Shown in pieces: positions 35,140 to 48,624 of a DNA stretch of 64,000 bases; position 1 is the first letter of the stretch, and each line of letters opens with the position of its first letter. The DNA is taken from positions 39,372,001-39,436,000 of the forward strand of contig CM052817.1 in NCBI GenBank assembly GCA_028534125.1. Reading direction: 5' to 3'. Position numbers and translations under genes: made by a program. Origin of the DNA: Lama glama. Taxonomy: Eukaryota. The notes beneath the pieces were generated by a model. That model was given only the letters and a program-made list of their open reading frames with translations. It did no database searches and was not told the DNA's origin.

Positions 35140-37700
35140 TTGATATTTTTCAATTTTATTCATATTTTAAAAGAACTAACTTTAACTTTTTTGATTTTTC
35201 TGAGTTGTTCCTCTGATTTCTATTTCATTGATACAAACTGTCCAGTATTTTCATTCTACTTGATTTAGGTGTTTTGTGGTTTTTTTTTTAAATTCTTTTT
35301 CTACCTTCTTAAGGTGGAAGCTTAGATTGTTGATTTGAAATCTTCCTTCTTTTAATAATAAGCATTTAAAAATAATTTTCCCTCTAAATAAAACTTTAGC
35401 TGCATCCCACAAATTTGGATATGTTGTGTTTTCCTTTTCATTCAATTTGAACTATTTTCTAGTTTTCTTTGTAATTTCTTTTTTACATTTCTGTTATTTA
35501 GAAGAATATTTAAATTTTCAGTAATTTTGGATTTTCCTAATTTCTTATTAATTTTTAATTTATTTCATTGTGATCAGCAATTGCATACTATGTGATTTAA
35601 AATTCTCTTAAATTTATCAGAACACCTTTTAGATCCCAGCACATGGTCCATGTGTCTGTGAAAGAATGTATATTTTGCTACTGTTGGACGAAATGTTCTA
35701 TAAATGTCCATTAAGTCAAGTTGGTTGATTGATAGTGCTGTTAATGTCTTCTGTGTCCTTATGGATTTTTATTGTCTATTTGTTCTATCAATGTCTGAAA
35801 AGTATTTGCGTGTTTTTCTATTTAGTTCTTTTAAATATTGCTTCATATATTTGGAAGCTCTGTTATTAGTTACATATATATTTAAGATGTTTATTTCTTT
35901 TTAATAAATCAAAGGTTCTATTTCAAATGTCCTTATTTATTTCATTTAATGCTCTTTTTCTATTTTAAACAATATTAATGCAGCTATCTTACAATCAGAA
36001 TATGTGTATTATATTTTTCTATCCTATTACTTTTTAAGTAATTTGTCTTTACATTTATAGTGTGTATCTTATAAACATCATACATTTGGATCTTACTTTC
36101 TTCTTCGGACTGATAATCTCTTCCTTTTAATTGGCTCTTCTCTAGAAGAGCAGATCAGAATGAAGTAAATGGAACAATATTATTCTAGGCTTCTTACATT
36201 ATTAATATGTGAAGGGGAATAATATTAATCCAAATTAAATTGTGAGAGGTTTGGGATATATGTCTTAATTCCTAGAGCACATACAGAAAATAATACAAAG
36301 AAGTATAACTAGAAAAGATAAAATGGAATACCAAAAATATGTTGTATAAGTCAAAAGAAGAAATAAAAGAATAATAAAGTAAAAAATAAAAATCAAGATG
36401 GTAGACTTAAATTCAACCATATCAAAAAATTATTTTAAAGTTAACGATTTTATTTCTACATGTATTATAACTGCAAAATTTTTTTTATTATTTTTGATTT
36501 AGACAATCAATTATCATTTACAGAAATTTTAAAATAAGAAATAAAATAGGTATTTTTAATCTTTAATGAGATATTTACCATTTCTAGCATTCTTTAGTCT
36601 TTCCAATAGATTTATGTTTCTTTCTGATTACATAACCTTTCAACCTGAAGCCTTCATTTAGAATTTCTGGTAGTTCTGGTCTGCTGATGTTGAATGCTCA
36701 CTTTTATTTATATCTGAAATATCTTTACTTTTTGCTTTCACTTTTGAAGGATATTTTCACTAGATTCAGAGGTCTCTGTTGGCTCTTTTTTTCTTCTTCT
36801 TCTTCGTTTTCTTTCAAGCACTCTAAACATGCAACTTCACTGTTTTCTGACTTGCATTGTCTCTGGAGAAAAGCAAGCCCTCACCTTTATGGTTGCTACC
36901 CTCTATATAATGTGTCTTTTTTCTAGATTTTTCTCTTTTTGGTTATTAATAACATGGTTATGATGTGTCTCAGTATGGTTTTCTTGATATTTATCCTGCT
37001 TGCAGTTTGTTGAATTACTGAATCTGTGCTTTAGTAATTTTATCATATTTGCAAATTTTTGAGCCATTATTTCTTCAAGTAATTTTTTGGCACCATTTTC
37101 TCCTTCCTCTCTTTTGGGGACTCCACACACTGCTTATATTATCCCTGAAGATTTGTTTGGCTATATTTCTTTTCAATTTTTTTCTTTCTGTATCAGTTAA
37201 ATACTTCTTAGTGACATATCCTAAAGTTCAATGACCCCCTTTTTTTTCCCTCTTCTGTCCAATTTAATGTAAGTTCCATCCAATAAAATATTAATTTTAG
37301 ATATTCTAGTTTTTATTTCTATCATTTCCATTTATTTCTTTTTGAAAGCTGTCATTTTTCTGCTGAAATATACCCTGTCTTCACCATTACATCCCCCTTT
37401 TTTCCCACAAATCCTTTGATATTTTTGTAATAGTTGTTTTAAGCTCTTGTCTTCTAATGCAAATAACTGGGCCATCTACAGGTCTTCCTCTGTTGACCAT
37501 ATTTGCTTTTGTTTATGGGTCACATTTTCCTGCTGTTTTAAGTAGGAACACAGAGATGACTGAGATATGCTTTCTTCTATTTTGCTTATTGTGAAGAAAT
37601 TATAAGCCACTTTCTCTATAGGTGGAATCAAGTTGATCTGAAACTGGACTTCAAGTTTCATTAGATTGAGTGCATTTATGATTAGCCCAACTTCTAACCT
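35140..37700 (-). mobile_element. Ancient L1M element (ORF1, inter-ORF, ORF2 endonuclease) with an internal inversion at ~36134-36448
   Basis: ORF1-like CGVPKREEGENGAKKLLEEIMAQKFANM (ORF track 36903-37130); ORF2-like NEKENTTYPNLWDAAKVLFRGK (ORF track 35251-35445). Confidence 0.9.
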
Positions 37701-39764
37701 CTCATGGCAAAATTAACTTTTTTATCTTGTCATTTTAGCCGGGATAAAGTTGGGCTCTAATTTCAGATACTTACGTTTTGCCTTTGATTCAACTTAATCA
37801 GAGCCCTAGAACTCAAACCCCAAGAATATGCAGACATCTGCAGTTTCTCTCCATTTTCTGATCTTTACTCATTGTCACTTTCTTGGCAAAATTTGTGGTG
37901 AGAAGATAATTTTCAGGCCAACTAATATAAATTTTTTTTGTATTTTGACTCTTTCAGATTTCAATCTGTCTTCCTGGCCCACCTTTTTGTCCAGCTTTCA
38001 GCTGATTTGTCTTCATCCTTGCACAGTGTCTCTGTCTCTCAAGTTGGTTCTTCTATTCATATCATTAAGATCAGGAAACTGCCCCTGGTGTAGCAGCTAC
38101 CACAGAGTTTTGCTGACCTATGAAATTCTTATTTTTTTCTGGAATTCAGTTGACCAGAGCTTCTCGTTTGTGGGTTTCTTGCTGTTACCATGACAGGGAA
38201 GTTCTCTGGCATCTTTCTACATCCTAACTGGTAGTGGAGCATCAAGATCATGTCTTTTTTATTTGCGTTAAATCTCTAGTGCCTAATACAGTGATAGAAA
38301 TTAAACATCTGTAGACCATAAATAAAAATAGAATGAAGATGTTTCTGGTATGTGGAGAAAATAAAATATGATATTCACAGTTTACAAGGTAAAATAATAG
38401 ATGGTAGTTTAGGACCAGAATATTTTTAATGATGTTTTAAACAAGGGTATCATTGTCTTTGAAAAGTCAAGTGATGTTTGGTGATAATATCCATGACCTG
38501 GCACTATTCCTTGATCAGAATAAGTAGGTAGTTAGGGGAATTCTCTCAGGCAACAACCTGGGATACAGAGATAAAAATTTAGGTCTTGAGAAAAATGGCA
38601 ATTGCTTTTAAAATCCAGAAGGTTAAGGAATGGAGAACAACACGAGGGAAACACTCCCAATGGAGCATGGCTCAAAGCTCTCCACTAATATAATCTTTGC
38701 CAACAGACCAAGGTGGTAATAATGACAAATGGGTAAGGATTTTTGTTTCTTGTCTTGCTTAATTTCCAGCTCTTCTGTGTTTACTCCATTCTCTTGGAAA
38801 ACGGAAAACAATTAGGATTTGACCTAACATGTGAGAGAAGATCAAGCTTGAAGGGAAGATCAAATGTCCTCAGACTGAGAGGCAAGTTGGTCTGTAATGT
38901 CTGGAAATCAGGCCAAGGCTGGCATCTCACCATGCACATGGGAAAGGCGTTAACCTACTGGTAGCAATGCATGTACTGCTTATTCCAAAACTTCTCAGGT
39001 CTCCTAATCTAAAAAGCATATGTGGACTGAAATAACAAAAGAAATCCAGTCTTTCCATTACACATTCTGTCATGTTATTAAACTGAAAATAAGTGCATTT
39101 TAAAATACCCACTAGCAAGAAATGTTATAGAATACAGATGCATCAAATAGTGTTGAAGTACCCATTTATCTCAGACTTATAGATTGTGCCACATGTCCTA
39201 ACCCCCAAAAGGCAAGTTATGAGTGACTCTGAGCCAGCAAAGGGTCTCATAGCCTATATCAGGTCCACTCTCCACTAGTGCCGATGATATTACTCTAATT
39301 CTAAAATGCTGGTATCAATAGCATTGTATTGGAGTTGATGTTGTTATGATGACATTGGCATCCTTTTGTTGGCATTAAGCCTGTTGGCCTAGCTCCTCCA
39401 TAGGCAATCACTACTGCATCTAAAGGACTTATTCAATGCCTGCTTCAGTGTATTTCTCTGTCAGACCTGCTCTTTAAAATCTGACAATATGTGATAAACA
39501 AAAGGGGCAGCCAAAGACCCAAAGAGTAAAACAAACTTTCAATAAATACGTATGTATATAGAGAGGGCAATATGTTCATTGCAGAGGGACTGAATATAAA
39601 GGAAGGAATGAGGTCAAAGGAAATTTTCTGCTCTTCCAGTGGCCTGTGAAAGTTTTCTCTGAAATAGGAAGATATCAGAAGTGCTCAAGAAAGAAAAGAG
39701 AATGTGCAAATGTACGAAGATTCCTAAACAGCTTGGAAGTTTGAGATTAAAAGATTATTTATAT

Positions 39765-40160
39765 ATATATTATTTTATACAGTTTTTAAAGGTTATACTC
39801 CATTTGCAGTTATTACAAAATATTGACTATATTCCTCATGTTGTACAATACATCCTTGTAACCTGTCTTTATACCCAGTAGTTTGTACCTCCCACTCCCC
39901 CACCCTATATTGCCCGTCTCCTCCCTCTTCCCATTGGTAACCACTAGTTTGTTCTCTTTGCCTGTGAGTCTGCTTTTTTGTTGTTGTTATACTCACTAGT
40001 TTGTTGTATTTTTTTAATTCCACATATAACTGATATACATTATTTGTCTTTCCCTTTCTGACTTATTTCACTCAGCATAATGCCCTCCAAGTCCATCTAT
40101 ATTGCTGCAAGTAGAAAAATTTTATGCTTTTTAATGGCCGAATAGTATTCCATTGTGTGT
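39765..40160 (-). mobile_element. Artiodactyl-type L1 3' end
   Basis: TTATTACAAAATATTGACTATATTCCTCATGTTGTACAATACATCC...GGTAACCACTAGTTTGTTCTC...CTGACTTATTTCACTCAGCATAATGCCCTCCAAGTCCATC. Confidence 0.9.
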
Positions 40161-40184
40161 GTATATAGATAGACTGATAGATTA

Positions 40185-43055
40185 TACTGACAAAAAACAT
40201 AGATCAATAGTACAAAATCAAAATCCCAGAAAGACACCTACATGAATGCATTCAACTGATATTTGACAAAGGAGCAAAGTTACTTCGATGAAGAAAGGAT
40301 AGGTTTTTCAACAAAAAGTGATGGAATAATTGAATGTCTACACACAAAATAACAGAACTTACACTTTTCACAAAAATAAACTTAAAATGGATCAGAGACC
40401 TAAATGTAAAACCCCAAACCACAAAACTTCTAGAAGATAGGAGAAAATCTAGGTGATGTTGCGTTTGGTAAAGAACATTTTAGATAAAATAACAAAGGCA
40501 CAATCAACAAAATTTTAATAAAATTTTAAAATTTTGCTTTGAAAGGCACTGTTAAAGGAATAAAAATCCAGCCACAGACTGGGAGAAAATATCAACAAAA
40601 CACACATTTGATAAAGGACTTTTTTCCCCCAAATATACAAACAATTCCTAAAACTAAACAATAAGAAAACAAATTACTCAATTTGAAAAACAGGGAAAAA
40701 ATATGAATAGACACAGCTCCAAAGAAGATACACAGATGGAAAAGAAGCATGAGAAGATGCTCAAAATCATATGTTGTTAGGTAATTGCAAATTAAAACAA
40801 GGTACACATCAAGTAAAGTGGCCAAAATCCAAACAACTGACAACAACAAAGGATGTAGAGCAACAGGAAATTTCATTCACTCCTGACGGAAATGCAAAAT
40901 AATACAGCCATAGAAGACATTTTGACACGTTTTTGCAAAGATAAATCATACAATCTAGCAATCATGCTCTTAAGTATTTACCCAAATTAGTTGAAAACAT
41001 ATGTCCACATAAAAACCTGCACTTGAATATTTATAGAAACTTTATTCATAGCTACCAAAACTTGGAAGCAACCAAGATGTCCTTCAGTAGGTGAGTGGAT
41101 AAACAAACTATGCCACATCCGTACAATGGAGTATTATTCAGCAATAAGGAGAAATGAGCTATCAAGCCACACAAATTCACAGAGGAAACTTAAATGCATA
41201 TTGCTAAATGAAAAAAGCCAGTCTGAAAAGGCTGCATACTGTATGATTCTGATTACATGGCAGTCTGGAAAAGCCAAAAGTATAGAGACTGCAAAATATC
41301 AGGGGTTGCCTGGGGTGTGGGTGAGGGAGACGAACAGAAGGAGGAAAGAATATGTAAAGTACAGGAGATTCTTAGAATAGTGAAACTATTCTGTATGACA
41401 GTGTAATAGCGGATGTGTGATGTTACACATTTGTCAAAGCCAATAGTATGCTAAAGCACAAAGAGTGAACTTTAATGTGTATAAATTTTAAAAAATTATT
41501 TAGGAGTTCAGAGGATCTCAGAAAAGAGTAACGATTGTGACAGGAGACTCTAACTGTATGAAATGAGGTTGGGGACAAGATGCTTACTTAGGTAACTTTG
41601 GAAATGAATGGAGCCTGTAAGACTAAAGGCAAATAGAACTGCATATAAATGTAACTTAGTTGATAACGTTGTTTCCCACAGAGACAGGGGTTAACAGTTC
41701 TGATACTGCTATATGTATATACACATACATATGTACACTAGAATTGAATAAAATGGACAGAACATGGTAAAAGCCAGGTTTTTTACTATTGGAATGGTAA
41801 TTTACAGATAAGCAAGAGCAGGAGGCTAAAATGATCCATGTGCTAATGGATTAGAATTGGAGGCACCAGAAAGAACTCATCTTTGGCTTAATATACATAT
41901 TGTTACATACAGAAATATTTGAGTGTGTGTATATATACACATATATTTTTTGCTCTATCAACTTAGAGGATCTAAAATAAACAACATCCTAGTCACAACA
42001 AGCACACTTAGAACCCAGATCTTGGTTTCTAATATTATTCTCAAAAAAAAAGAACCTGTGCCCCTTGATAAAATGCTGATTCTAGGACTGAGACAAGAAA
42101 TATATAAGATGAACCTATAGAATCAGAAGTAAGGATGTGTTCAAAAAAAAAACTGATGGGTATATGACAAAGGGTCACAGGAGATAACTAAGAGAGCTCT
42201 CAATAGCCAAATCTGGAGCAATTTGAGCAACAAAATAAAGTAGTATTGGATTATAACTCAGAGTATAAAATAAATACCTTTGCGTCTATACTGACATAAA
42301 TAAATGATCAAATAAATTAATAAATGAGGAAGAAGAAATAAATCTCCCATACAGAAGCATTCCAAAAAACCTATGTAGAGACTCCATCTTAAAGTAGGGG
42401 CATCGTATCTCCCCACTCGTTGAGTATGTGCTGTGCATAGTGACTTCCCTTCAAAAAGTACAGTATGGAAAGAGGTAAAAAAAAAAAAGAGAGAGAGAGA
42501 GAATAATCTCACAGTAGAGAAAATTGGCAAACACTACTTAAGCCAGGTGATCAAAGTCAACACCAAGAGTCATAAATCATGTTCCAGTATGTACCCCTGA
42601 TAGGATGTGATGAAAACGGCACTTTACCATTGTGGTCTTCCTCTCTAAAACACACAGCCCCAGTCTAATCATGATAAAAGCCATCAGACAAATTCTAATA
42701 GAGAAGCTTCCTACAGTATGCTCGACCAGTACTCCTCAAAACCCTCAAGGTCAACAAAAATAAGGAAAGTCTAAGAAATTGTCACAGTTAAGATGAGCCT
42801 AAGGAGCATGACAAATAAATGCAATGTGGAATCCTGGAACAGAAAAAAAAAAAAAGAAGAAGAACATTGTGTAAAAACTGAGAAAATCTCAATAAACTGT
42901 GGATTTCAGTTAGTAATAACATATCAATAATATATCAATATTGTTCATTAGCTATAACAAATGTATCATTTGAATATAAGATGTTAATAATAGGGGAAAC
43001 TCTACTTGGAGAAGGGTAGTGTTACATATGGGACCCCTCTGTACTATCTGCTCAA
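40185..43055 (+). mobile_element. L1MC/L1MD-like element: ORF2 3' half and long 3' UTR
   Basis: CAACTGATATTTGACAAAGGAGCAAAG; TGGAAGCAACCAAGATGTCCTTCAGTAGGTGAGTGGATAAACAAAC; 3' UTR AGCCAGGTGATCAAAGTCAACA...CACAGCCCCAGTCTAATCATG. Confidence 0.9.
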
Positions 43056-43580
43056 ATGGTGCCAGAACAATTAGTCATATACAAAAAATATGATCTTTGA
43101 GTCACACTTTGCAACATATACAAAAGTTGATTCAAAATGGATCATAGACCTAAATATTCTATACAAAACTATAGAATTTCTAGGAAAAAATCAGAGAAAA
43201 TATTTATGATTTGGGGTTAGATAACGATTTCTTAAGATACAAAAACACAAACTATAAGGAAAAAATCTCAAAATTATTTTGCTGAACTAAAAGAAAGTCC
43301 AATGTGTGTATACATAATGTAGAGCTCCATTTTTATTAGATGCTAGAAAACACAAATCAACTCTACACTGACAGTAGATCAGTGGTTGTCTGGACCTGGG
43401 GTTTGGGGTTAGGGATTGCCTAGGACGAGGCACAAGACTTTTCAGGTGATGGAAATATTCTATATAATGACTGTGATGGTAGTTATATGAATAATTTTTT
43501 GTCAAAACTCATCAAATGTACATTTAAGATGAGTGCATTTTATTGTACATAAACTATAGCTTTTAAGGTTGATTTTTTTA
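43055..43580 (+). mobile_element. Second old L1 (L1ME/MB-like) ORF2 and 3' end fragments
   Basis: TCAAAATGGATCATAGACCTAAAT; GATCAGTGGTTGTCTGG...GGTGATGGAAATATTCTATAT...TGTCAAAACTCATCAAA. Confidence 0.75.
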
Positions 43581-44149
43581 AAATACAGGAAAGTCCTTTT
43601 TATGTATTCTTTTTGCATTTAAAATAAAAAGGGAGGGAGGAAAAAAATTCGTAAAGGCTGAGAGATGAACCAGTAATCCCCACCCACCAAGCCCCTGCCA
43701 CAGAGCCGATCTTTTTTTTTAAGAATCAGAGAAAATATTTTAATTGGTTACATTTGTCTCATATGGTTCGCAGGAAATTTTTTCAATTAAAGTGAGAGAA
43801 TTTGTAAATGTAAACCAGGCTCAGGAAGCAGGCAAATTGTTATTAGTATAATAAGGCCAAGGTTTTTTTTTTTTTTTTGGAAGGAATAACATATAAACTT
43901 CAGTATTCTTAAGATTAATGATCCTGAGAAGAAAATCATTTTTTTTGTGGTAGCAAAATATATTTGTCCTCAGACTATAAAATAGCAAAATGAGTGACAG
44001 CCATTATTGATGGAGAATTGGAACTAGATTTGAAGCATCTATTTCCACTCTGCATCATCCAGTACTGATGGCCCAGAACACATTCCTCTTTCCCCAGGAG
44101 CCCGCAGAAGCTTGGGCAGCTCACCATCCTTTGATAACCAAACACAGCC

Positions 44150-44360
44150 CCAGTGTGCAAAAGGAAGGAGGCCACTGGGGTTGCAACTTTGTTTCAGAAT
44201 GACCTAGAAGTGACAACATGTCACTAAATCATGTGGCCAAACCCAGCAGGAAGGAGCCCTGCCCACAGAGAGAGGACATTGCAAAATTCATGGTGAACAG
44301 GGTGTGGTCTAGGGAGGGGTGAAGAATTGGGGCCATTAATGAAATAAATTCATCGTAATC
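44150..44360 (-). mobile_element. MLT1H-like LTR fragment
   Basis: AAATCATGTGGCCAAACCCAGC...TGCAAAATTCATGGTGAACAGGGTGTG..AGGGAGGGGTGAAGAATTGGGGCCA. Confidence 0.55.
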
Positions 44361-44479
44361 ATTCTTCATGGAGGCAATTACTCAAGTCTCTCCCACATGC
44401 AAAATCTGCTCAGACCCATTCCAGCACCCACAAGTTTTTTCAGTTATGGTCTTAGGCTCAAAGTCCTAACACACATCAT

Positions 44480-44845
44480 GTCAGTTCCTTGAGCAAAAAC
44501 TTTGGTCATTCCCCACATCATTGAGAAAAGTATACAACACCTTTCAAATCTGACCTCAACCTCCATTCTAACATCAATCCCGACGTATAATCAGACCCCT
44601 CCCCTAGGCTGCCAATATCTAGCCTTTCTTTATCACTTACCATCACCTAGCACATCACGCTCTTTTGTGTGCTCCCGCCTCACACTGGCTCTTCTTTCTC
44701 CCTTTACAGCCCTAAGCACACAGCAGTTCACTTCTATCACTGTGCTGCGAGCTCCGTAAGCAGAAGAAATAAAACTGATTCCTGTTTGCATTCTTAACAC
44801 CTGGAACATGGTAAGTACTCAGTAAATGTCTGTTACATGAACTAA
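44480..44845 (+). mobile_element. L2 3' end
   Basis: GCTCCGTAAGCAG...ACCTGGAACATGGTAAGTACTCAGTAAATGTCTGTTACATGAA. Confidence 0.65.
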
Positions 44846-46549
44846 AGCAATTCAATTGTAAAAAATAAAATAAAAAGGAGGCCTTTATTTGTAGTGAATT
44901 CAACTGAGTCAAACTTCATTACTTTTCATCTCTAGGTCAACCTGGAAATCTGGAACCAGAAATGGAACTCTAACCTACATGGTGCTTAGTAAGCAGTGGC
45001 ATTCAATTCATAATTTGTGCAAGTAGACAGGCATTTTTTTTGCTAGAACATCATATCTACATGCACACTGCTTCTATTGATTGTTTATCCAAGAGGCCTG
45101 AGAATCAATTTATTAAAAGCCTCACTCTTTTTGGTTTGTGCTTCAGTGTACGATTGAGGAAGGACTGGGGGAGGCTTGAAACACAGTCATAACATGACAG
45201 AGGAAGAAAGGGAACAAAAGAATGTGTAGGGGATGATTAAGTGCTTTTGAATTTACACAGTGAAATATGGACAGTTTAAATGTCTTTGCTATTTGCTTCT
45301 TTTCAAACTGTGAGCAGTTTCAAACACCCCATGCTGCTCCAAGATTAATTGAGTTCTGCATGCTTTTGGCTTGCTCCGGGTACCAAGGAGAAAGGATTTC
45401 CACACAACCTGTATTTGCCAGAGAAAAGAGAATATCTCATTAATGTATGATTAATAGCCATTTGTGAAGTGATTAATTAGTCATTTTGACAATAAACTGA
45501 GCCTACGTATATGCCTTTGCTAGATTCAGGTTTCACATGTAGCAGAAAAAGAGGGCGTCTGGCTTCTTGCTTCCTTCCTGCACCAAGACTAGAAAAATCC
45601 AAAGGCCTTTGCATATTCTGGTCTTGTCTGATTTCATCTGGTTTGTCTTTAAGAACAACGGCCCTGAAATGGAAGCTCTCCAGCATGATTGATGGCTTCT
45701 CTTTCTATCTGCAAGTTGGAAATACAGAAAAGGATTTTCCCCCATAGGTCTTACTGCTTATTGGTACAAGAGTTATTTCCACTTTGCTGCAGAATTGATT
45801 TGCAACATTGGTGTATGAGTTTGTATATTTTTCTCACTGGCCCGTCACAAAGCATAAGTCAGCAAGACTTCTGCAGTATGATGGATTAGGTACAGGAGCC
45901 TCCTGGTAATGTTTCCATTAAAAGGATGAGCATATTGTCATTAACTTTGGGGGGCTGGAAAAATCCAAATTCTGTAGCTTGACATCTCACAGACTATATT
46001 ATTTAGTAGCTTTCATTTCCCCCACATCCAGTACTATCTATTGTACCTCGGGTGGATTTCTGCATCTATGATTGCCCATTCTGTAAAATAAAGACATTAG
46101 GAAAACACTAAAGGGTCAACAGCAATAGGTCTAAGCTTACATCCTGCTTCCTACCAAATAAAACCACTTATTTGATTCAAAAGAGGAGAAGAACAGAGAT
46201 TGGGGAAGAACATCTGCTTATCTAAACTGTTAGAAAGAATTATTCATTGCAGGATATACTGAAGCATCCTAAGAACTTAATTAACCAAAATGAAAACAGG
46301 AGCAGAAAAATCAAATCTCAAACTTCTGGTTTCTAGTTTTTTTGTTAAAATCATTTGGTAGCATAGAAACACTCATCTCCTCTTCCTGTCTCTTTCCCCT
46401 CCTCCATTTCTGTGTAATTTGGTGTAGGATGAATGTGGTGGGGGTGGGGGAGGTGTACTACCAGAAGGCTCTTTTGGAACAAGTTTGAGTAAAACAAAAT
46501 AAGTAGAACAATGTAATAAAATAAATATTAAAAATAACTGTGACGTGTC

Positions 46550-46790
46550 TGAGAAAGGCATCACAGTGGTTTAAAAAAGAAACTGGCTTTGGATTATGAC
46601 AGAGCTGGGTTTGACTCTTGGCTTCACCAATTTCTAACCGCATAGCATGAATAAGTAGCAATTTTATTAAGCCTTGGTTTTATTTGTAAAATAAATATAC
46701 TAGTATTTACCCATGAATATTATAAGATTCAGATTTAATGCCTATAAAATGTACAATGTCTGACACATACCTAAGGCTCCCTAAATAGAT
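46550..46790 (+). mobile_element. MIR
   Basis: CAGTGGTTTAAAA..CTGGCTTTGGATTATGACAGAGCTGGGTTTGACTCTTGGCTTCACCA...TTTGTAAAATAAA. Confidence 0.8.
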
Positions 46791-47274
46791 GTAAGATATA
46801 GAGCTCTGAGTGTGTGTGTGTCTGTCTGTGTGTGTGTGCAGTACTCTGAGTACCATTATCTCCCATCATCTAAAGATGCAACATGCCTACATAGCTTCAT
46901 ATACAGTCATATGGATATAATTAAATGCAAGGGTCCATGGGCTCCAAGGACATATAGGGACTCCCAAAAAGAGATCTACAGCCTCTGAACAACCAAGGTC
47001 TAAACCAATGAAAGATGAAGAAAAGTTTTGCTCTTCAGAACATTCTGTTACATAAGCCTAACTTTAGTTACCACCTTTCTGGACAATATTTAGGCTGAAA
47101 ATGGATCTTTTAATAACTGACAGGTTATTTTTTTCATGTTAACAGTTAACACACTGAAAAGCACACCATATCACCAGTTATCTTCAATGGACATGTCTAT
47201 ATAACCGTTTTCCAAAACTGTATGACTCAGGTTGGGAAACGAGAGGTCTCTGGAGTGGAGAGCTTGAACAATAT

Positions 47275-47460
47275 AGCTGATACTTTTTCTCATCATTCTA
47301 ACACGTATCTTCTTTTCATATTTTAAAATCTCTGATTGAAATCAGAAATGTCTTCTAATCAATGGTGAGTCAGTTTAATTGGCAGCATTGTTTTTATTTC
47401 TTAATGGAACATTAGGGAGACATATAATTGATGAAGTCTTAGAATTGATGAAATATATTA
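47275..47460 (+). mobile_element. TcMar-Tigger-like non-autonomous fragment
   Basis: TTTTCATATTTTAAAATCTCTGA..AATCAGAAATGTCTTCTAATCAATGG ... GTCTTAGAATTGATGAAATAT resembles old Tigger MITE ends. Confidence 0.5.
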
Positions 47461-48624
47461 AGTGGTTTTCATGAACAAGAGCAGATATTGTCATAGACTA
47501 CACGAGAGTTCCACTAAGTGGCCTTTGGAGGGCACTGAGTGCTCCACCATGGGACAGCAGAGCCCACGTCTGGCCATTGCATACCATTTTGCCATTTTTT
47601 CAGTCAATATTTTAAGGTACAAGAGCTGTTACAGATTTTGGTGGCAGAATATGCCTCAATTTAATAATAATATAATTGGGAAGAGGGTTACATAGGGTAG
47701 CAACTTTTTTGAATACATACTAATAATTTCCATAGAAATCCCCAAGGAATATGTACTATAAAGCATAAAATAATGGTCTTATCTTCTGAGATAAGCATAG
47801 TAAACTTAACAGGAATTAATAGACTGCTTTATTGTCGCTTGACAACTTCCATTACCAAATTCACCATAAAACTAAATTATATATCTCCAGGAAAAATCAA
47901 TCAATATCATATCCAAGTCATGGTGTTATTTTATGTAACTTCAAGCCAGCAATAAATATCTTTTGATTTTTTGATTTGCTCTAAGTGTTTGAAATCAAGT
48001 GAAATACTACCTATAAAGCAACTAGTTGATGTCTTCCATTTTATTCTTTGAATTCAGTTCTCTCAGGAATTTTTTTAACTTGAGAAATTTCTAGCTGTAG
48101 TCTTACTTTTTTCAACTTATGCAGGAACATAATGACAGTATCACATGTAGTGTTTATAAATGGATTAAAAAAATGAGCTTCATCTTTGGCATGAGTGATC
48201 TCTGCCATAAAACACAAAAGATTGTTATAGCAGTAAAGATTTTGCAGTAATGAGACAAGTCACTGAGAAAAGTGTTGAATTATCCTTTCTTTCAAATAGA
48301 TTTACTTTTCATATCTATTACTTAGGATTTATCTACTATAGTGTGGGAGAAAAAGTGAGTTCTAAACCTCAAGCTAAATCAATACTATGTTTAAGTTCAA
48401 TGATAGACATTCATTTATAAAATTAGTAGGTGGGACTCTCAGAAACAAAGAATAAAATTTGTCTCTGGGAATGATGTAACCTACATAAGAATTGGGCAGA
48501 TCAGACAGATTCCAAATTAATAATGCATTATGCTCTTTCTTAAATATGTTCAGACTTGGAGAGTAAAGAAGCATTTTTCTGCTAAGCTAAAAAGCAGTCA
48601 TAAAGCACAATAAACTAAGACTCT

